From NCBI GenBank assembly GCA_030141605.1, contig JAQGDQ010000418.1, forward strand, positions 62,001 through 126,000: 64,000 nucleotides of DNA. Reading direction: 5' to 3'. This document shows, piece by piece, positions 14,390 to 28,602 of this stretch. This DNA comes from Tubiluchus corallicola. Lineage: Eukaryota; Animalia; Priapulida. The stretch's first letter is position 1. The number at the start of each line of letters is the position of its first letter. The notes below the pieces were generated by a model. It did not search any database, was not told the DNA's origin, and saw only the letters and a program-made list of their open reading frames with translations. The translations under genes were made by a program, and so were the position numbers.

Positions 14390-17300
14390 ATGGCGGAACG
14401 TAGAAAAACACGCAAGCGGAAAGATGAGGTAAAGAGTGTTTCATATGCGGGAGTTAAGTTACTGTTAGCCATTTTCGGTTACTGAATTATCGTAAGGTGA
14501 CTTAGTTGAGTAAAAGGAGTATATTGTCTTTGGCTACCCTTTTTCCACATAATTATTTTTATTATTAAGTACTTACAGCATGTATCAATGAACTCGGTCT
14601 GTTAAGTACCCTAATAAATTGTTAAAGTTATTATGACGTCTATAATTATGTACCGCCATACTTAAAGGAGATACATAATCTTAGTTTTGTAAACTCAGGT
14701 TACCTGTTGCATATGTGAATTTGAACAGCGGATTATTTTCGCGCGATTGGAAGCAATACGGCAGTAGGTATGTAAAGGCCAGTATGCTTTTAGGTTGGAA
14801 GCAATACCAGTATGGCAATATATTGCCTACTTGTGCTACTTAGTACCTACTGTTTTTACTATCTTTATTCACAGGCTGAAACTATATTCAGCTGTTTACT
14901 CATTGTTGCCACATCATTCGGTTCGTTTTTTCTGTTTGGGATTTGCTGTACGCTGTATCATATGTCTGCTTGCACGTCAGAAACGCCCGTAAGTCGGCAG
15001 TTAATCTGGTAATTCACATAATCCTGAGTAAAGCACTATTACTGCAAGAAACTGTGACTAAAGACACTAGCAACATGCAGTGTTTGATGTGACTTCTCCA
15101 AACATACACGCTTATCTCCGTTTGCCAGACAAAAGCGGGGAGACGTCGGTCTGCCGTATTTACTGATACCAGGCTAATACAGTAGGTGCCATGTATTAGA
15201 CTCGTGGTAATGTAGAATCAATTGCCTAATGGTAATGTAGAATCAAGTACGAAATGTGTTTGACATTTATAATGTAGAATAAAACCACCAGGAAATTATT
15301 TAAAAATACCGGAATTTAATTTTAAAACCATTACCCACTTCTCAAACTAAAAACTAGTCCTGCAATTGTGAAAAACGCGTATTAGCCCCAAATCATGAAT
15401 ATTCTAGACACATAACGTCAATATCTTTTGGCTCATATGGCACGTTTTGACTTAACAAAATTTAGTAGACCACTGAACAAGCTGACACTGATCATGTGGT
15501 CGGACCTAAAATGCCACAAGGTGGCCAAAGCAGACAACTAGAGGAGGCCAATCTGCTAAATTTCCAGTATAGTAACTATAGAGAGACCTCTTCCTGTAAA
15601 ATTGTCCTTTGAATATTACTAAATGAATATTCCATATTAATGAATAGACATATTATCTAAAAGGATTTCATTTATAATTAACATTTTTATAACACAAAAT
15701 CGTTTATAGGATGCTTCCAATCAGCCAACGAAACTCGAATACGCTGTTGCAAAGCATCTTCGCTTTAACTTAGCCAACAAGAAGTCAACAATGTATGGGA
15801 ATAAAGTGGAATATTTTCAGGGTATGTAAGTGCCTAGTTATGATCTGTTAGTGAGTGATATTCCAGATTTTTGTTTTACATAGAATAATCTTAAAAATTG
15901 TTGATTTATTAGCTTTAATATTTCATCCTAGCATTTTGCTGAGTATTGTATGTTTGCTTGCATATTTTGTGGATTCTTACATTTTTTTCATCATTTCAAA
16001 TCTTATTTATAACATCTGTAAATAATTAATCAATAAGCTTATTGATCCAGTCATTATAATGCTGTTAAAGCAAAACCGGACCCAATCTGTAGGTCAAAAC
16101 AATCTACTCTTTAAAATATTGAAAAGATACTTTTTTAAAAATGACTTATGTGAAAGAATTATTGCCACACAAACACACGAGTTTGTACCACTAGTTCTTT
16201 GCTGTTACATGCATTTCGCCATTTGCTAGTTAGACGGACAATAGCGTCTGCATTTCGGAAACACACTACACAAAAACTGGTGCTGCACCTCTCAGTTCAG
16301 ATGTGTTAGTTTCTGGCAAATTACACAAGTTCGACAGCTCATGCGTGAGCACAGCAGTAAATTTGAAATTTGAATTTTTATCTTAAAACTTGCCTAGTTC
16401 TAGTACAACCGCTGAATCTCATATTCCAGCACTGTACTTCAATTTTTGCTTTTGCAAACACATGCTACAAGCTCTTGGAATATTTTTGCATTGAAAATTA
16501 TGTTAGTTTATGATGTCATCAATAGTTGGGCTCGCCTGCTGTTAATTAAGTTTTTAATCTATTATTTAATTATCACTTTTGCAGCATTATTCCAGTTAAA
16601 ATGAACACTTTTTGTAGGACTTGAAAATGGGGTGGTATATGAAAAGTCATCCTGTCTTCCTTTAACAAAGTATAATAAATTAGATGTAAAATTAACATAT
16701 TGAATGTGCACTGCAAATTTATATGTAGCTGTTAAATTGTTAACAAGTTAGTTCTAATAAATTCTTTGAGGAATAAAAGACATCCTATCTTGATATTTTC
16801 ATAAGTACGTTTGGTTTTTCTATAAGCATTGAAAAACATGACATCTTTGCACTTTGATCAGTGCTATTGGTTTCTCATAGATAAGAAATGGAAAAAACAC
16901 AATCTTGACTTTTTGATAAGTGCATTTGGTATCTTTATACGAAATTGAAAACATACAATCTTGACATTTTTATAAGTGCAATTTTTCTATAAGCAGTGAA
17001 AAATGTGAAATCTTTGCACCATGATCAGTGCAATTAGTTTCTATATAAGAAATGGAAAAACACAATCTTGATTTTGTACAAGTGCAATTGGTATCTTTAT
17101 AAGAAACGAAAAACATACAATTTTTACACCTTTATCGGTGAAATTGGTTTCTCTATATAAGGAATAGAAAACACAGAATTTTTGTATTATTATAACTGCA
17201 ATTGGCTTTGATTATTCCATTTGTTTTAGGAACTTTCCATTTGGTTATTGCATTTTTTTAAGGAATTTTCCATTTGGTTGTTGCCTTTGTTTTACAAATT

Positions 17301-20300
17301 TTCCTGCACTGTATAAGGATATGCTTTGCTTATTTCAGCATCAAAGGCAGTCGATTGTTTACTCGACTCGAAATGGGCAACTGCTAAAGCGAAAGAGGAG
17401 GCATTATTTACAACCAGGCAGTCGTGCACGGACTTCTTGAACAGGTGAGAACTACAGTAGCATTGCAGAGCATTTTCATTAATTTACCTGGACAGCCGAA
17501 AAACCATTACATTTCATTGAATTTCGTTCCGTTCCAAAACAGTGGAATAGTTAGATATGATATAAAGTGGTGGGTTGATCAGAATTTTCTCGTAGCAACT
17601 CATATTTTTACCCTTTGATATTTTTTATTTGCTTTTTCATTTGCACCTATCAAAAAATTCTGTTGTTAAAAAGGAGCAGCTGAGTTAGTGACCAATTGGT
17701 CGTTCGCTGTTCCTACTCATTTGTTTTTGAAATATTCTACTTCCATAGTATTATAATGTGAATCGAATGTTGAGGAAATAAAATCGATTGAATTGAATTA
17801 AACTGGATCGTGAGCTGTATGGTACTCAGTAGTATGTAATAAATTAAAGAAATTTCCATTATGTTTTAACGTGGAACTTGTCGAGACGTGGAAATCTGAT
17901 TTTTCAGAATTTGCTTCAAAGGTAAAGTCATCTATAGCTTGCTACTCTGGTGTTTGTGCTATGAAATGCTGTTTACACTATATTGTCCAAATATCATGTA
18001 GAACAATATTAATATTTTATACATTTTGTTAGTGGAAATTTCAAACAACACTGTATTGTTTGATGAATTCTTGTTCCTAGAGTGTTGCAAAAAATGTGAT
18101 GTTTTAGGCTCAATTTAATAGTAATGTTGCTGACAATTTTAGACTATTATACTCCAAGGATTTGGTCAATAAATTACCGACTGTATTTAGTGTATTTCCT
18201 ATTAGAAACTTTTCGACTTTGCAAATATTTTTTCTGTTCTGAAAACTAAAACCCAAGTTTTATAATAGCTCCATGCTGTGAATTTATTTTAAAAATTTTG
18301 CAATGTTTTGTTGTCTTCATGTTGCAGAATGCATTTTATTCTTTTGTCTAGATTACTACAAAAAGAACTCTTCCATCGTGCACACAAACAGGTGAAGAAA
18401 ATTCCAGAGAAGAAGAAGAAGACAGACAAGGATGAGGAGAAAAGGAAAGACGCATCCAAAGAGAATGAGAAAGAAAAGAAGGACAAAGAGAGTGAAGGAG
18501 AAAAGAAGGTTAGTACTATGTACTTTAAGCTGGATCAGTTGATTTCTTACGTAATGACGTAAAACATTGCATGTATTGTGAATAATTCAATTCATTTTTA
18601 TTTTCTCAATAACAGTTAAAATTTGACATGATTACATTTCAATACAACTGAGAAGGAGCAGCGAAAGACCTATTGGTCACTTGGTCAGCTCCCCCTTATT
18701 AAGCAAACAAGTTTACTTACAGGTGCATGACATTATTTTAGGTGATTATTACACAAAAAAACATTACAGTATTAAAAATTAATTTGGTATTAAATTATGT
18801 ACTAAGTAGCAGAAATGGTATTGTGTATACTTAATCTAGTCAAATTTTTAAAGAATGGAAAAATAGTAAGCGACAACTTCTTGAGAATTGAATACGAGGC
18901 TACATTTTGAATAATAATAATAGTTATACTATATGCATAAATTTATGATTAAATAGAAACAGAAACTGTAAAGTCAAGATGCATTTCAAAAATAAATTAG
19001 TAAATAAATCTCATATCAAATGAAAATGAAAAAGCAAACAAAATTCTTCAAGGTAAACAAAAATTATCAAATAATAAAAGGATATATATCAGGCAAAATG
19101 CAATTCAACTCAAGGCAAAAAGAAGTTATCACAAGCCAAGCAAAACAGAATTCAACTTAAAGTAAAATATTATGTCAAGCAAAATCAGCAAAGTCAACTC
19201 AAAGCAAAAGTTTTATAATTCATCTCAAAGTAAAAAGAAGTTATCAATAAGTCGACCAGCCATCCGGATTAACTTGACATGAGGGAACCAAATGTGTTTG
19301 GAGATTGTCGCGGAAACTCGGCCTTCCACAGCCAATCTCATGCTTTCCAAAACTTACGCAGTTCAAGTATAGATGAATAAATGCTAAATTTAAATGTTGT
19401 GTCTAGCATTTGTAATGATTATAACTATTAGATATGATTTTTATAGCGCTTTTAAGTTTGTGTTTAAATTTTGGGTGTTGTTTGTCTTGTGTAACTCCTT
19501 TAGCAATATGCAGCACTCTTTGTCAACTAATTGGCAATATGCAACATCATCATCATCATCATACGCCCGTCACGTCTATTGTAGACATTGGGCAGGCATA
19601 ATTCTAAAAAAAGAAATCTGCCTTCAGACAGGTAAATGCAGCAGTAATCCAGCAAAAAAAAACTAGACACTGCTACGCCAGTAGCTTGTCAGCACGACTT
19701 CCGTTTTAAATATGCAACACTCTTTGTCAACTAATTGGCAATATGCAACACTCTTTGTCAACTAATGCATCGTGCAACCCTCTTTTGAATGCTGTAATAC
19801 ATTTCCTGTTTTACATTCTAAGACACCAAAAATTATTGACAGCTGTCTGAAATGACCCTAAATATCATATTTCCAAAGCACAGAATTTTTGTTTGGATTC
19901 GACTGCAAATAGGGGAATTACAAGTTTCATTGTGCCTTTGTCAACCATTGAGAAATTTCACTTTTTACACAAAATTCGTTAATTTTGTTACAATGAGTGT
20001 TTGCAGCTGAAAACAGCAAATTGAATTGTTAAAATGCTAAAATGTGTTCTTAAGCTTTGTAGTGATCACATTTTTGTGTCAAGATCATTTTGGGGTTTTG
20101 TGCATTTTCAGTTAAGTTCATTGAGTGTTTTATGCTGTAAAATGAAGTGTTTTTCATGGGGTACCGCGGATTTCTCTCAAGTAGTTAAATTATTTGCCTA
20201 TTTAAACAAAAACAGCCAACACCTTCAAATGGCTAATGGGATATCCAACTGGAATATGTTTTTATGCAAATGCTAGACGTGAACTTTCTGTGTTCTAATG

Positions 20301-23300
20301 ATATTTGTAAAAAAAATGGCTTAAAATTTCCCGTAGCAGCTGGCCACAGCCTAACTGTTACAGTTAGATTTCCACAGTGCTGTAGCTTCTGACATCACAC
20401 TGCAGAAGCGGGCATTGCTAAAGTTGGCGTTGCTATGGTGACTGAACAATTTTTTGTCTGCCATCTAGGGGCGAGTTAAAAAAGCAGTGCAAGCGTGTAA
20501 TTGCACTAGTTGCAGTCGGATGATTTGTGGTGCTGAACCACTAACTTCCCGTGTTTAATAACCAGGTTGCAATTCAAGATAGAAGCTCCTTATTGTGACC
20601 ATTTATAAAAGTCCAATAATTATTCAGTATTTTTCGTTAATTAACTAGATACTGTGATTGCCAATGTGTTTCTAAACCATTGATATTTATTTTTTAACAT
20701 TTATTACCCGTTGCGGGAATTGGAGAAAGAAAGGCGACAGTCTGAACACTTGCACCCTCTGCTGTTTCTACCATGAGGGTGCCATCCCACCTAACCTGTC
20801 TGTAAATCTAACTGTGTTTTTAGCCCGCACCCACTGTGTTGTTTTTGCTTGTTTCACCTCTTTTCATAACCTCTAATACCATCACCAGTTAGCGAGTTGC
20901 TTTTCTCAGCGTGTATACTAACCCATGCGCACCCCAAACCTTTAGTATGTCGTCAAAGACTTTTAGAAATATATTATTCAACACTTCAAGACACTGAAAA
21001 ATTGTGGTCTAGCCGAAATTTATTCAGTGTCTTCTTTCTTTTTTTCAACTCACTACCCGCAGTGGGCAATAATTGTTAAAAATAAACTGCAATGGTTCAC
21101 GAACACTCTGACAATCCCAGTCATAATCTAGCTAATTAATGATATCTTTATCCACCATGATCCACTGAATGGGCAGAGTTGTTTCAGCCACATTTACTTC
21201 AACATACATGCTCCCTGAATCGAGTTATTAATGAGCCATTTACATAAACATGCACACGTATCCACTCAGCTATGAAGGTGCAGTTTGTAACCGGAAAATA
21301 AAATTCCTGATAATTTAAAATGTTCGTGCCAATTGGTAAAATGTCACTGACTCACTTTACCAGTGTGCACCACTGACTCACTTTACCAGTGTGCACCAGT
21401 GACTCACCTTACCAGTGTGCACCACTGACTCACCTTACCAGTGTGCACCACTGACTCACCTTTCCAGTGTGCACTTAGTAAAGTGTGCACTACGAATGCT
21501 CTGATTATTTTTTCGCACTTTGCGCAGTGTTATTTAAACTTGTTTCAAATGGCTTGCCGTCACAATGGCTGTGCTTAACTGCAATCGCAGGAGTTAAAAT
21601 TGACAAGTTTTTATACAGCGTCACTGCTAACACAACCTTTGCGTGCAATAAGATATGTGAAATTTCAAGTCGAATTTTTAAGCTTTGTGTAAGGGATTTT
21701 CTTGCAGTTTAAAAAAATTCACTTGATGGAATGTTACTTTGCACTTTTGTAGACATTTTCTAAACTGCACCTTCTTAAACTTTCAGGAAGAAAATGGCGG
21801 AAAGAAGAAAGAAAAGAAAAAAGTGAAATTGGAGATGCATGACGACCAGGTGTTCATAGACGGCAAAGATGTGAGTTCAAATCACGATTCACACTTTTAT
21901 TTCAGACGTTGAAGTCCATATTAAAAATAAGTATACATATAGATAATATATAGCAGACTATGCATTAAAAAAATCTAGCACTAAAATTAGTGAGATTACA
22001 ATAAGAAAGTACTACTCTTACAATCAAATGTTTGAATTTGTTCCATTTATATTCAGAAAACTAGTCGAAAAATGTATTCATAGCTTATGTTATTCAACAG
22101 TTCATGTTTCAAACGTATTTGTTTATTTGCGATATTTTTACTGAATGTTTATTTCAAAATGTAAGCTAGAATGGTTGTTTATGTGCACAGCTTATATGTT
22201 GTGCAAAACACATAACCACCGCGCACTAGATTACTTTAATTGTGTTTTGAAGAAGTAGTTTTTGTTTAATTTTGGAAAGTGATGATCATTTTTGTTTTTT
22301 TGACCTGCCAGCACTGTTATTTCCAAGCAGGTTCACAAAAAGTGAACAATTCTGCAAAATCAAAATTCTGCAATCAAAGCTTTGGTGTTTTTTTTTGTTT
22401 TACGAAAGCAAATTTCTTTATCGATAAAAATCAAGTACAGGGTGTTACTTGGAAACCGGCCTAAGTTTCAAATACAGGGATAACAGTCATAAATTAAAGC
22501 AAAGCCGAACCCAATCTTAAACTGTAGGTCAAAACAATCTACTCCTTCTAATATTGAAAGGAAACTTTTTCAAAAATGACTTACATGAAAGAATTATTAC
22601 CACATAAACACAATTTCGTGTTTGCATCACCAGTTCTTCGCTATTACATGCATTTCGCCATTCGCTAGTTAGATGGGTACTAGTGCCTGCATTTTGGAAA
22701 CGCATAACACCAAGAACAGATGGCTACCTGACAGTTCAGATGTGTTAGTTTGTGACGAACTATACAAGTTCGACAGCTCATGCGTGAGCACAGCAGTAAA
22801 TTTGAATTTTTGTCTTAAAAGTTGCTTATTTTTAGTACAACACACTGAATATCTTACAGTAGCACATTTTGCTTTCGCAATCACGTATAACATGCTCATG
22901 GAAGATTTTTGTTGTTGAAAATTATGTTTGTTTGTGATGTCATCAATAGTTAATCTCGCGCGCCATTAATTAAGTTTTTAATCTGTAATTAAATTATCAG
23001 AAACGTTTTTGCAGTATTAACTTTTGTTAAAATGTATACTTTTTATCGGACTTGAAAATGGGGTAGTGTATAAAAAATCATCCCGTCTTCCTTTAAACGA
23101 ACGTCTCAGAAAACTAAAACTTCTGAAAATGAGCTAACTAAATTTTCATATGCAGTGCTATATGTGTCTATTTATTGTCTATACATTTTGGCTCTACATT
23201 TTCTTTATTTATCATTATTTATAATGAGCAATTTAACCATTTAATAAAGCAACTGTTTCTTTGCAAACTGTATTTTTTCTGTTTTACCATCTGTACAGCT

Positions 23301-26300
23301 AATTTTACTTGCTTACGTTGATTTGATGAACATGGAGTTTTGCAAAGTCGGTATGCTTTTTTTTACCAAAGACGTTCTATTTGTTATTGCAACAATAAAA
23401 AATGCAAATACATCTAAAATTAATTTCGATTCATTTTGCAGGTTTATGTCTGGATTTACGATCCTATATCTCCAAAAATGTTCATCCTCGGATTACTGAT
23501 TGGTAAATGCAACTTTAGAACATTTTTCCCTCCTATTGTTACAAGAGCCTTCCTGTTTGTTTAGAAGCAGGATTAGTTCCTAAGCACCACGGTATAGCTA
23601 GACCTATTACCGAAATGAATCATTTGTTTTGACAGGCTGATACATTTCTGAAGGTGATACTGCATCTTTCTAGCTGGTTCTATGATAATTACCTGGTTAG
23701 AGAGCATTCAGTCATCTATTGCTAACAAGTGATCACTACCAGCATTGCGTATTATCAGACAGTGTCTTGCTAAAACCTACATTGTATCACAAAACATTAC
23801 ATTCTGTAAAAAATTTTTTTTGCTACCCATTCATAATTGTTTCATGCTGTTTTGCACAACGTATGAAGAATTTTTCATGAGATATCGGCAGATTTTTCTC
23901 AACTAGATAAATGTGTGATCGCAAACCAGAGGTGTCCATAAGTTGACATAGCTAAGACTATGTTATGATGCTTCAAAGTAGAATGCTCCAAAAGTTGGGT
24001 CTCTTGACAATTTTTTGTCTTTTATGAAATCAAATGCTTAATGTATTGCAGTTTTGTATTTTAGCACCAAAAATCATCAGGAAATGGTGTAAAAAAATAC
24101 TAAAATTTAATTTTATAACCGGTTACTATGGTGTTCGTAACTCGCAACCCACTGTGTACATTGTTTTGCTGTAGTTTCTAGCAACGCAGTGTAGACTAGG
24201 CATTAGTAAAGTTGGCGTTGCTATGCACCGCCATCTAGGGGATGTGTTAGAAAGCATTGCAAGTGTGTGATTGCACTAGAGTATTTTCAATCGCTGCGTT
24301 TCAGAGTGTGGCATTTTAACATGACGTTCAAACTCTTGTCGCAATTTCTACACCACTTTTCTATATTTCAGTGTTAGGTGCAATTGGAGTTTGCTTGTTC
24401 CCACTTTGGCCACCAGAGGTCAGACTGGGTGTGTACTATCTCAGCCTGGTAGCTGCTGCTTTCGTTGGTTCCATAATTGCGCTTGCCGTCAGTAAGTATC
24501 GGAGAGAAACAGAAAAAATACGAAACACAAAACATTGTTGAAGGAACATTTACCTTCAATAATTTTTATTTTTCAAATCAATAGATTCAATTCGCAAATA
24601 AACATATACATATGCATTACATGTGCATCGATACAAAATTATGATTCAATTCTTGAATGCTGCGCTAGAGACCTAAGAAGCTAGCTTATGCTAGACCACT
24701 AGAATTAGTTACGATAAAAATTACAATATATTGCTAATGGTTAGTATGAGTTACATTGGGCGTTAGTAGTATTAATTTTCATAATTACGATATAAACTGA
24801 TGGTCGATATAGAGAAATGATAAATGCTTTAACACATTCGCTAAGCATTTATGGAGGAGGCAACACTTGTTTAGACTATATGGAGGTGCGCATTGCAGAT
24901 ATATATACGGGTGGGAAGTAATAAAATATTATTATACTCGAGGGGACGTTTTTGAAAATCAAAAACGACAAATCATGATTGAGTGATCAGTTGTATGTTT
25001 CAAGTAAGTTTAATTTATAATTTTTGTTAAATATGGACAGCGAGTTTGCATTTTTAATAGCTGGAGCAATTGAATTCCATATGTATAATTACACTGTGTG
25101 CTTGGCATTGTCTGCATTACACAAGTTGTTTTGTTGGAGATAAAATGATACAAGGCATGTTTTTTATTATTCAAAACTATGAATGCCGCCATATCTACCT
25201 GTTTTTCAATTTACCAATTTCATTTAATTTTGTAACTGTCGGGATCTTCTCAGCTCGGTGGGGCAGAGGGAGGAAGACATACATCTTCGAAGTAGACGAA
25301 ATTATGTTTTAAATTTGCATAATGAGTACAAGTATGACAGAGAAAAATAGTAAAATGTAAATGCTTATCTAGCCTGTTATTCTGTTCATATAAAATGGTT
25401 TATTTAGTTGGTTTACTTAAACTCGATGATATTAGTTACATAATGTGGCGCAGCGATTTGCTATATCATGTTGCTTCTAAAATTGACTCTGTGCATGAAT
25501 TCTACGTGATATCACACTGAAAAAGCTCTTTTAAAACCTGGAGTGGTGCGAAAGTTGCTCACCATTGACTTTTCCCGTTAGTCCAGTAAATTTTCATGCA
25601 AAGGTTTGCTTAAAGCAAAACTGGGATCCAATCTTTAACTGCAGGTCAAAACAATCTACTCTTTAAAATATTGAAACGAATCATACATTTTTTCCAAAAA
25701 TGACTTACGTGAAAGAATTATTATCACACAAACACAATTTCATGTTCGCACCACTAGTTTTTCGCTGTTACCTGTATTTCGCTAGTTAGACGGGCATAAG
25801 CGCCTGCATTTCGGAAACGCGTTACACTAAAACAAGTGATATACCGCTCAGTTCAGATGTGTTAGTTTCTGACGGAGTACGCAAGTTCGATAGCTCATGC
25901 ACGAGCAAAGTAGTAAATTTGAATTTTTATCTTAAAAGTTGCTTATTTTTAGTACAACACACTGAATATCTTACAGTAGCACCGTACTTCAATTTTCGCA
26001 TTCGCAAACACGTGCAACACGCTCGTGGAATATTTTTGGTGTTGAAAATTATGTTAGTTTGTGATGTCATCAATAATAGGGCTTGCGCACCTTTATAAGC
26101 AATTATTTAGTTATCAGAAATGCTTTTGCAGTATTAATCGTGTTAAAATGTATTCTTTTTATCGGACTAGGGACCATCGGAAAATGGGGTAGTATATGAA
26201 AAATCATCCTGTCTTCCTTTAAGCTGTTTAGGTAAACATCTACAAGGCAAAACTTAGCAGGTTTATCTGATGCAGGTATTTTAAAATGCAATTGTGTTTT

Positions 26301-26671
26301 TTTTTTATTTAGTTCGGTTGATACTATTCGCATGCATCTGGGCCACATCATTCGGACGGCATCATTTCTGGTTGTTTCCCAACTTGCTAGAAGATGTGGG
26401 ATTCTTCGACTCCTTCAAACCTTTGTACAGTCACGAATACCGAGGAGACAAAGACGAGAAGGAAAAGAAAAAGGAGAATGAGACTGCGGAAGAGAAAACG
26501 GCGTTATTAAAAGAAGAGGTGCCGCAGGGATCCGAAAGTGAAAAGTCGACAGCGTCCGAGCAAGCCGGGGGAGAGGACTTTCAAAACGGCACAAAAGATG
26601 ATTTTGTTGTGATCAAAAAAGAGGAAGCAAGAGAAGATAGCGAAACCGGTGGATCCGAAAACGAGTCCTGA
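14390..26671 (+). CDS. SEC62: Translocation protein SEC62, 8 coding exons, 345 aa
   Basis: Exons 14390-14428, 15710-15821, 17339-17444, 18352-18508, 21787-21870, 23442-23502, 24372-24491, 26313-26671, all GT-AG and in phase (1038 nt). Peptides MAERRK, ASKAVDCLLDSKW, HDDQVFIDG, VYVWIYDP, LFPLWP, HHFWLFPNLLEDVGFFDSFKPLY match SEC62. Confidence 0.97.
16065..16665 (+). mobile_element. About 600-bp TTAA-flanked MITE (Kolobok/T2-like), family A copy 1
   Basis: TTAA-AGCAAAACCGGA...TCCTGTCTTCCT-TTAA imperfect TIR; four copies in the window. Confidence 0.8.
16780..17210. repeat. Degenerate approximately 50-bp tandem repeat
   Basis: Recurrent CAATCTTGAC...ATAAGTGCA.TTGGT...ATAAGAAATGGAAAA. Confidence 0.7.
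21274..21774. mobile_element. MITE family B with 13-bp TIR and internal 26-bp tandem repeat
   Basis: GAAGGTGCAGTTT...AAACTGCACCTTC; internal CACTGACTCACYTTACCAGTGTGCAC x5; related partial copy at about 1480-1870. Confidence 0.75.
22494..23096 (+). mobile_element. MITE family A copy 2
   Basis: Same termini and internal sequence as 16065-16665. Confidence 0.8.
25610..26222 (+). mobile_element. MITE family A copy 3
   Basis: Same termini and internal sequence as 16065-16665. Confidence 0.8.
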
Positions 26672-28371
26672 TGAGAGGGAAGTAAGGCAAAGTGTGACTA
26701 GCTTTGTCAGTTTAGGTGTTAGGTATTCTGTTCATATAAAAATGGTTTACTTAGATGGTTTACTTAAACTTGTTTTGGTAACAGTTTGTACTTTGGCCTC
26801 GCAACAGGTTGTGCAGAAAAATGGCACACCCGCATAGTGAATGAGCAAAGTGATTCATCTTGATGAACCATTTCAGTGTGAATAGGCCAAAAATATCGCT
26901 TTCATAATCTCGGTGTATTCCAGAAATATTCTCCATTTCTATGATAATGCGGAAGCAGAATAAGGCTCATTGTTATTAAATTTTTACAAAATTATCCACG
27001 ATTATTATCCCATTGTTTTATAAGCTGCTACTGATTAGTTATGAATTTGTTTTTCTCGTATTAATAAAACAAAAATTGTACGTACATCTTGGATGTTATG
27101 ATAAAAAGAATTACATTTTTATTTGCTAATAAACAGGTGTTTCACATCCCATTATGGATCGCTTCCTCAATGTAAGCAATAGCAATATGCAACACTCTTC
27201 GAGATACAAAATCTTTGAATAACCGTAACAAATTACCCAGTCGCCCCCTATGGCCAGTATACTCATAATAATAAAACAAATAAATAAATAACAAGTTAAC
27301 TGATGTAAACATTTTGTAAACTGTCCACTGAACTTTTGGGAATGAAGTAAACCATGTTGGTGTGCCAAGCCTAGTAATTGTTTATCATAACATCCTTGAT
27401 AGCTTCTATAATCTTTGTTTTATTAGTATTTTCGATAATGGATGCCAAACCTGTTAAAAACTTACTTTTCTCCTATTTATGATAACATTTATATTTTATA
27501 CATGGTATTATATTTATCTTCGTAAGCATTGTAACGCTTGTGGGGCATGTGATAGGTAACTTTCAGTTGATTCAAACTGCAGATTTGTTCATTTGCTTTC
27601 ATACTAATAGTTCTTGCTAGGCGATGACCGCTTGGCTGTATTACTGTTTAGCAACTTGCTATCTGTAGTATCGGTACCAGCGTGTAGAACAATCCTTGGC
27701 AGTTTTAGGGGTGTACATAGACAATTTGGTGGTAAAAAATGTACGAAGTTGTGTATATTTGTGCTAACTCTGTATGTAATAAAATTCGAAGTTGGTTGTT
27801 ATATGTTTGCAAATTTGTTTCACTTTTAGCAGTTTTTATTATGAAGATCTTTGAATTTTTGTGCTTTCATTGTCCAAAGTTGCTAGAGCAAACATTTTCC
27901 ACATACGCTTGTACATACCTGTTTTTTAGTGCCAAAGTGCAATTTTAAAGATCTCTACGAAATTGTTTAGCGCAAAGTTTCGGAAACACTAAGCTAAGAT
28001 GAAAACTGGAATACGTTAAGCTAGTAAGAATTAGTCGTTCCGTCTTGATTCTTGCCAGAGTTTATTGCTGTCTCTACCTTGAGACTTACAAGCTTAAGAA
28101 CTGTTCACAAGACTTGAATTCACCATTGGGATTTGTGGTCATATGGTTCACACCACAATCCAACAAACATAAACTCCGGTCGACAACAGGTGTTTGCTTT
28201 TATAAAACAACTGTGTATTTACAAAACAAAAGATTATAAGAAATAAATATATTTCATTATGCTATCAACGCATTCACGAATGAAGGTGCCATGACACCAA
28301 ATTGCCTTTTAGCCATAAAACATTTTGCACATTAACACTTAAAAGCTATCTGATGGCATATATGGCATCCT

Positions 28372-28602
28372 AAGTAAACAAATAGTGTCTAGGAAAGCCT
28401 GTACACTCTGTGTGTCATTACAAGTAACTTGTAAGTAAACAAATAGTGTCTAGAAAAGCCTGTGTGTATCATTACAAGTAATTAAGTAACTTGCAAGTAA
28501 ACAAATAGTGTCTAGGAAAGCCTGTACACTCTGTGTATCATTGCAAGTAACATAAGTAAACAAATAGTGTCTAGGAAAGCCTGTACACTCTGTGTATCAT
28601 TG
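28372..28602. repeat. About 60-bp tandem repeat, 4 copies
   Basis: AAGTAAACAAATAGTGTCTAGGAAAGCCTGTACACTCTGTGTATCATT repeated. Confidence 0.9.

Noticed and set aside
14795-15012. Hydrophobic ORFs in SEC62 intron 1
   Set aside because: T-rich composition explains the hydrophobicity; flanked by short inverted AATACGGCAG/CTGCCGTATT, suggesting a MITE.
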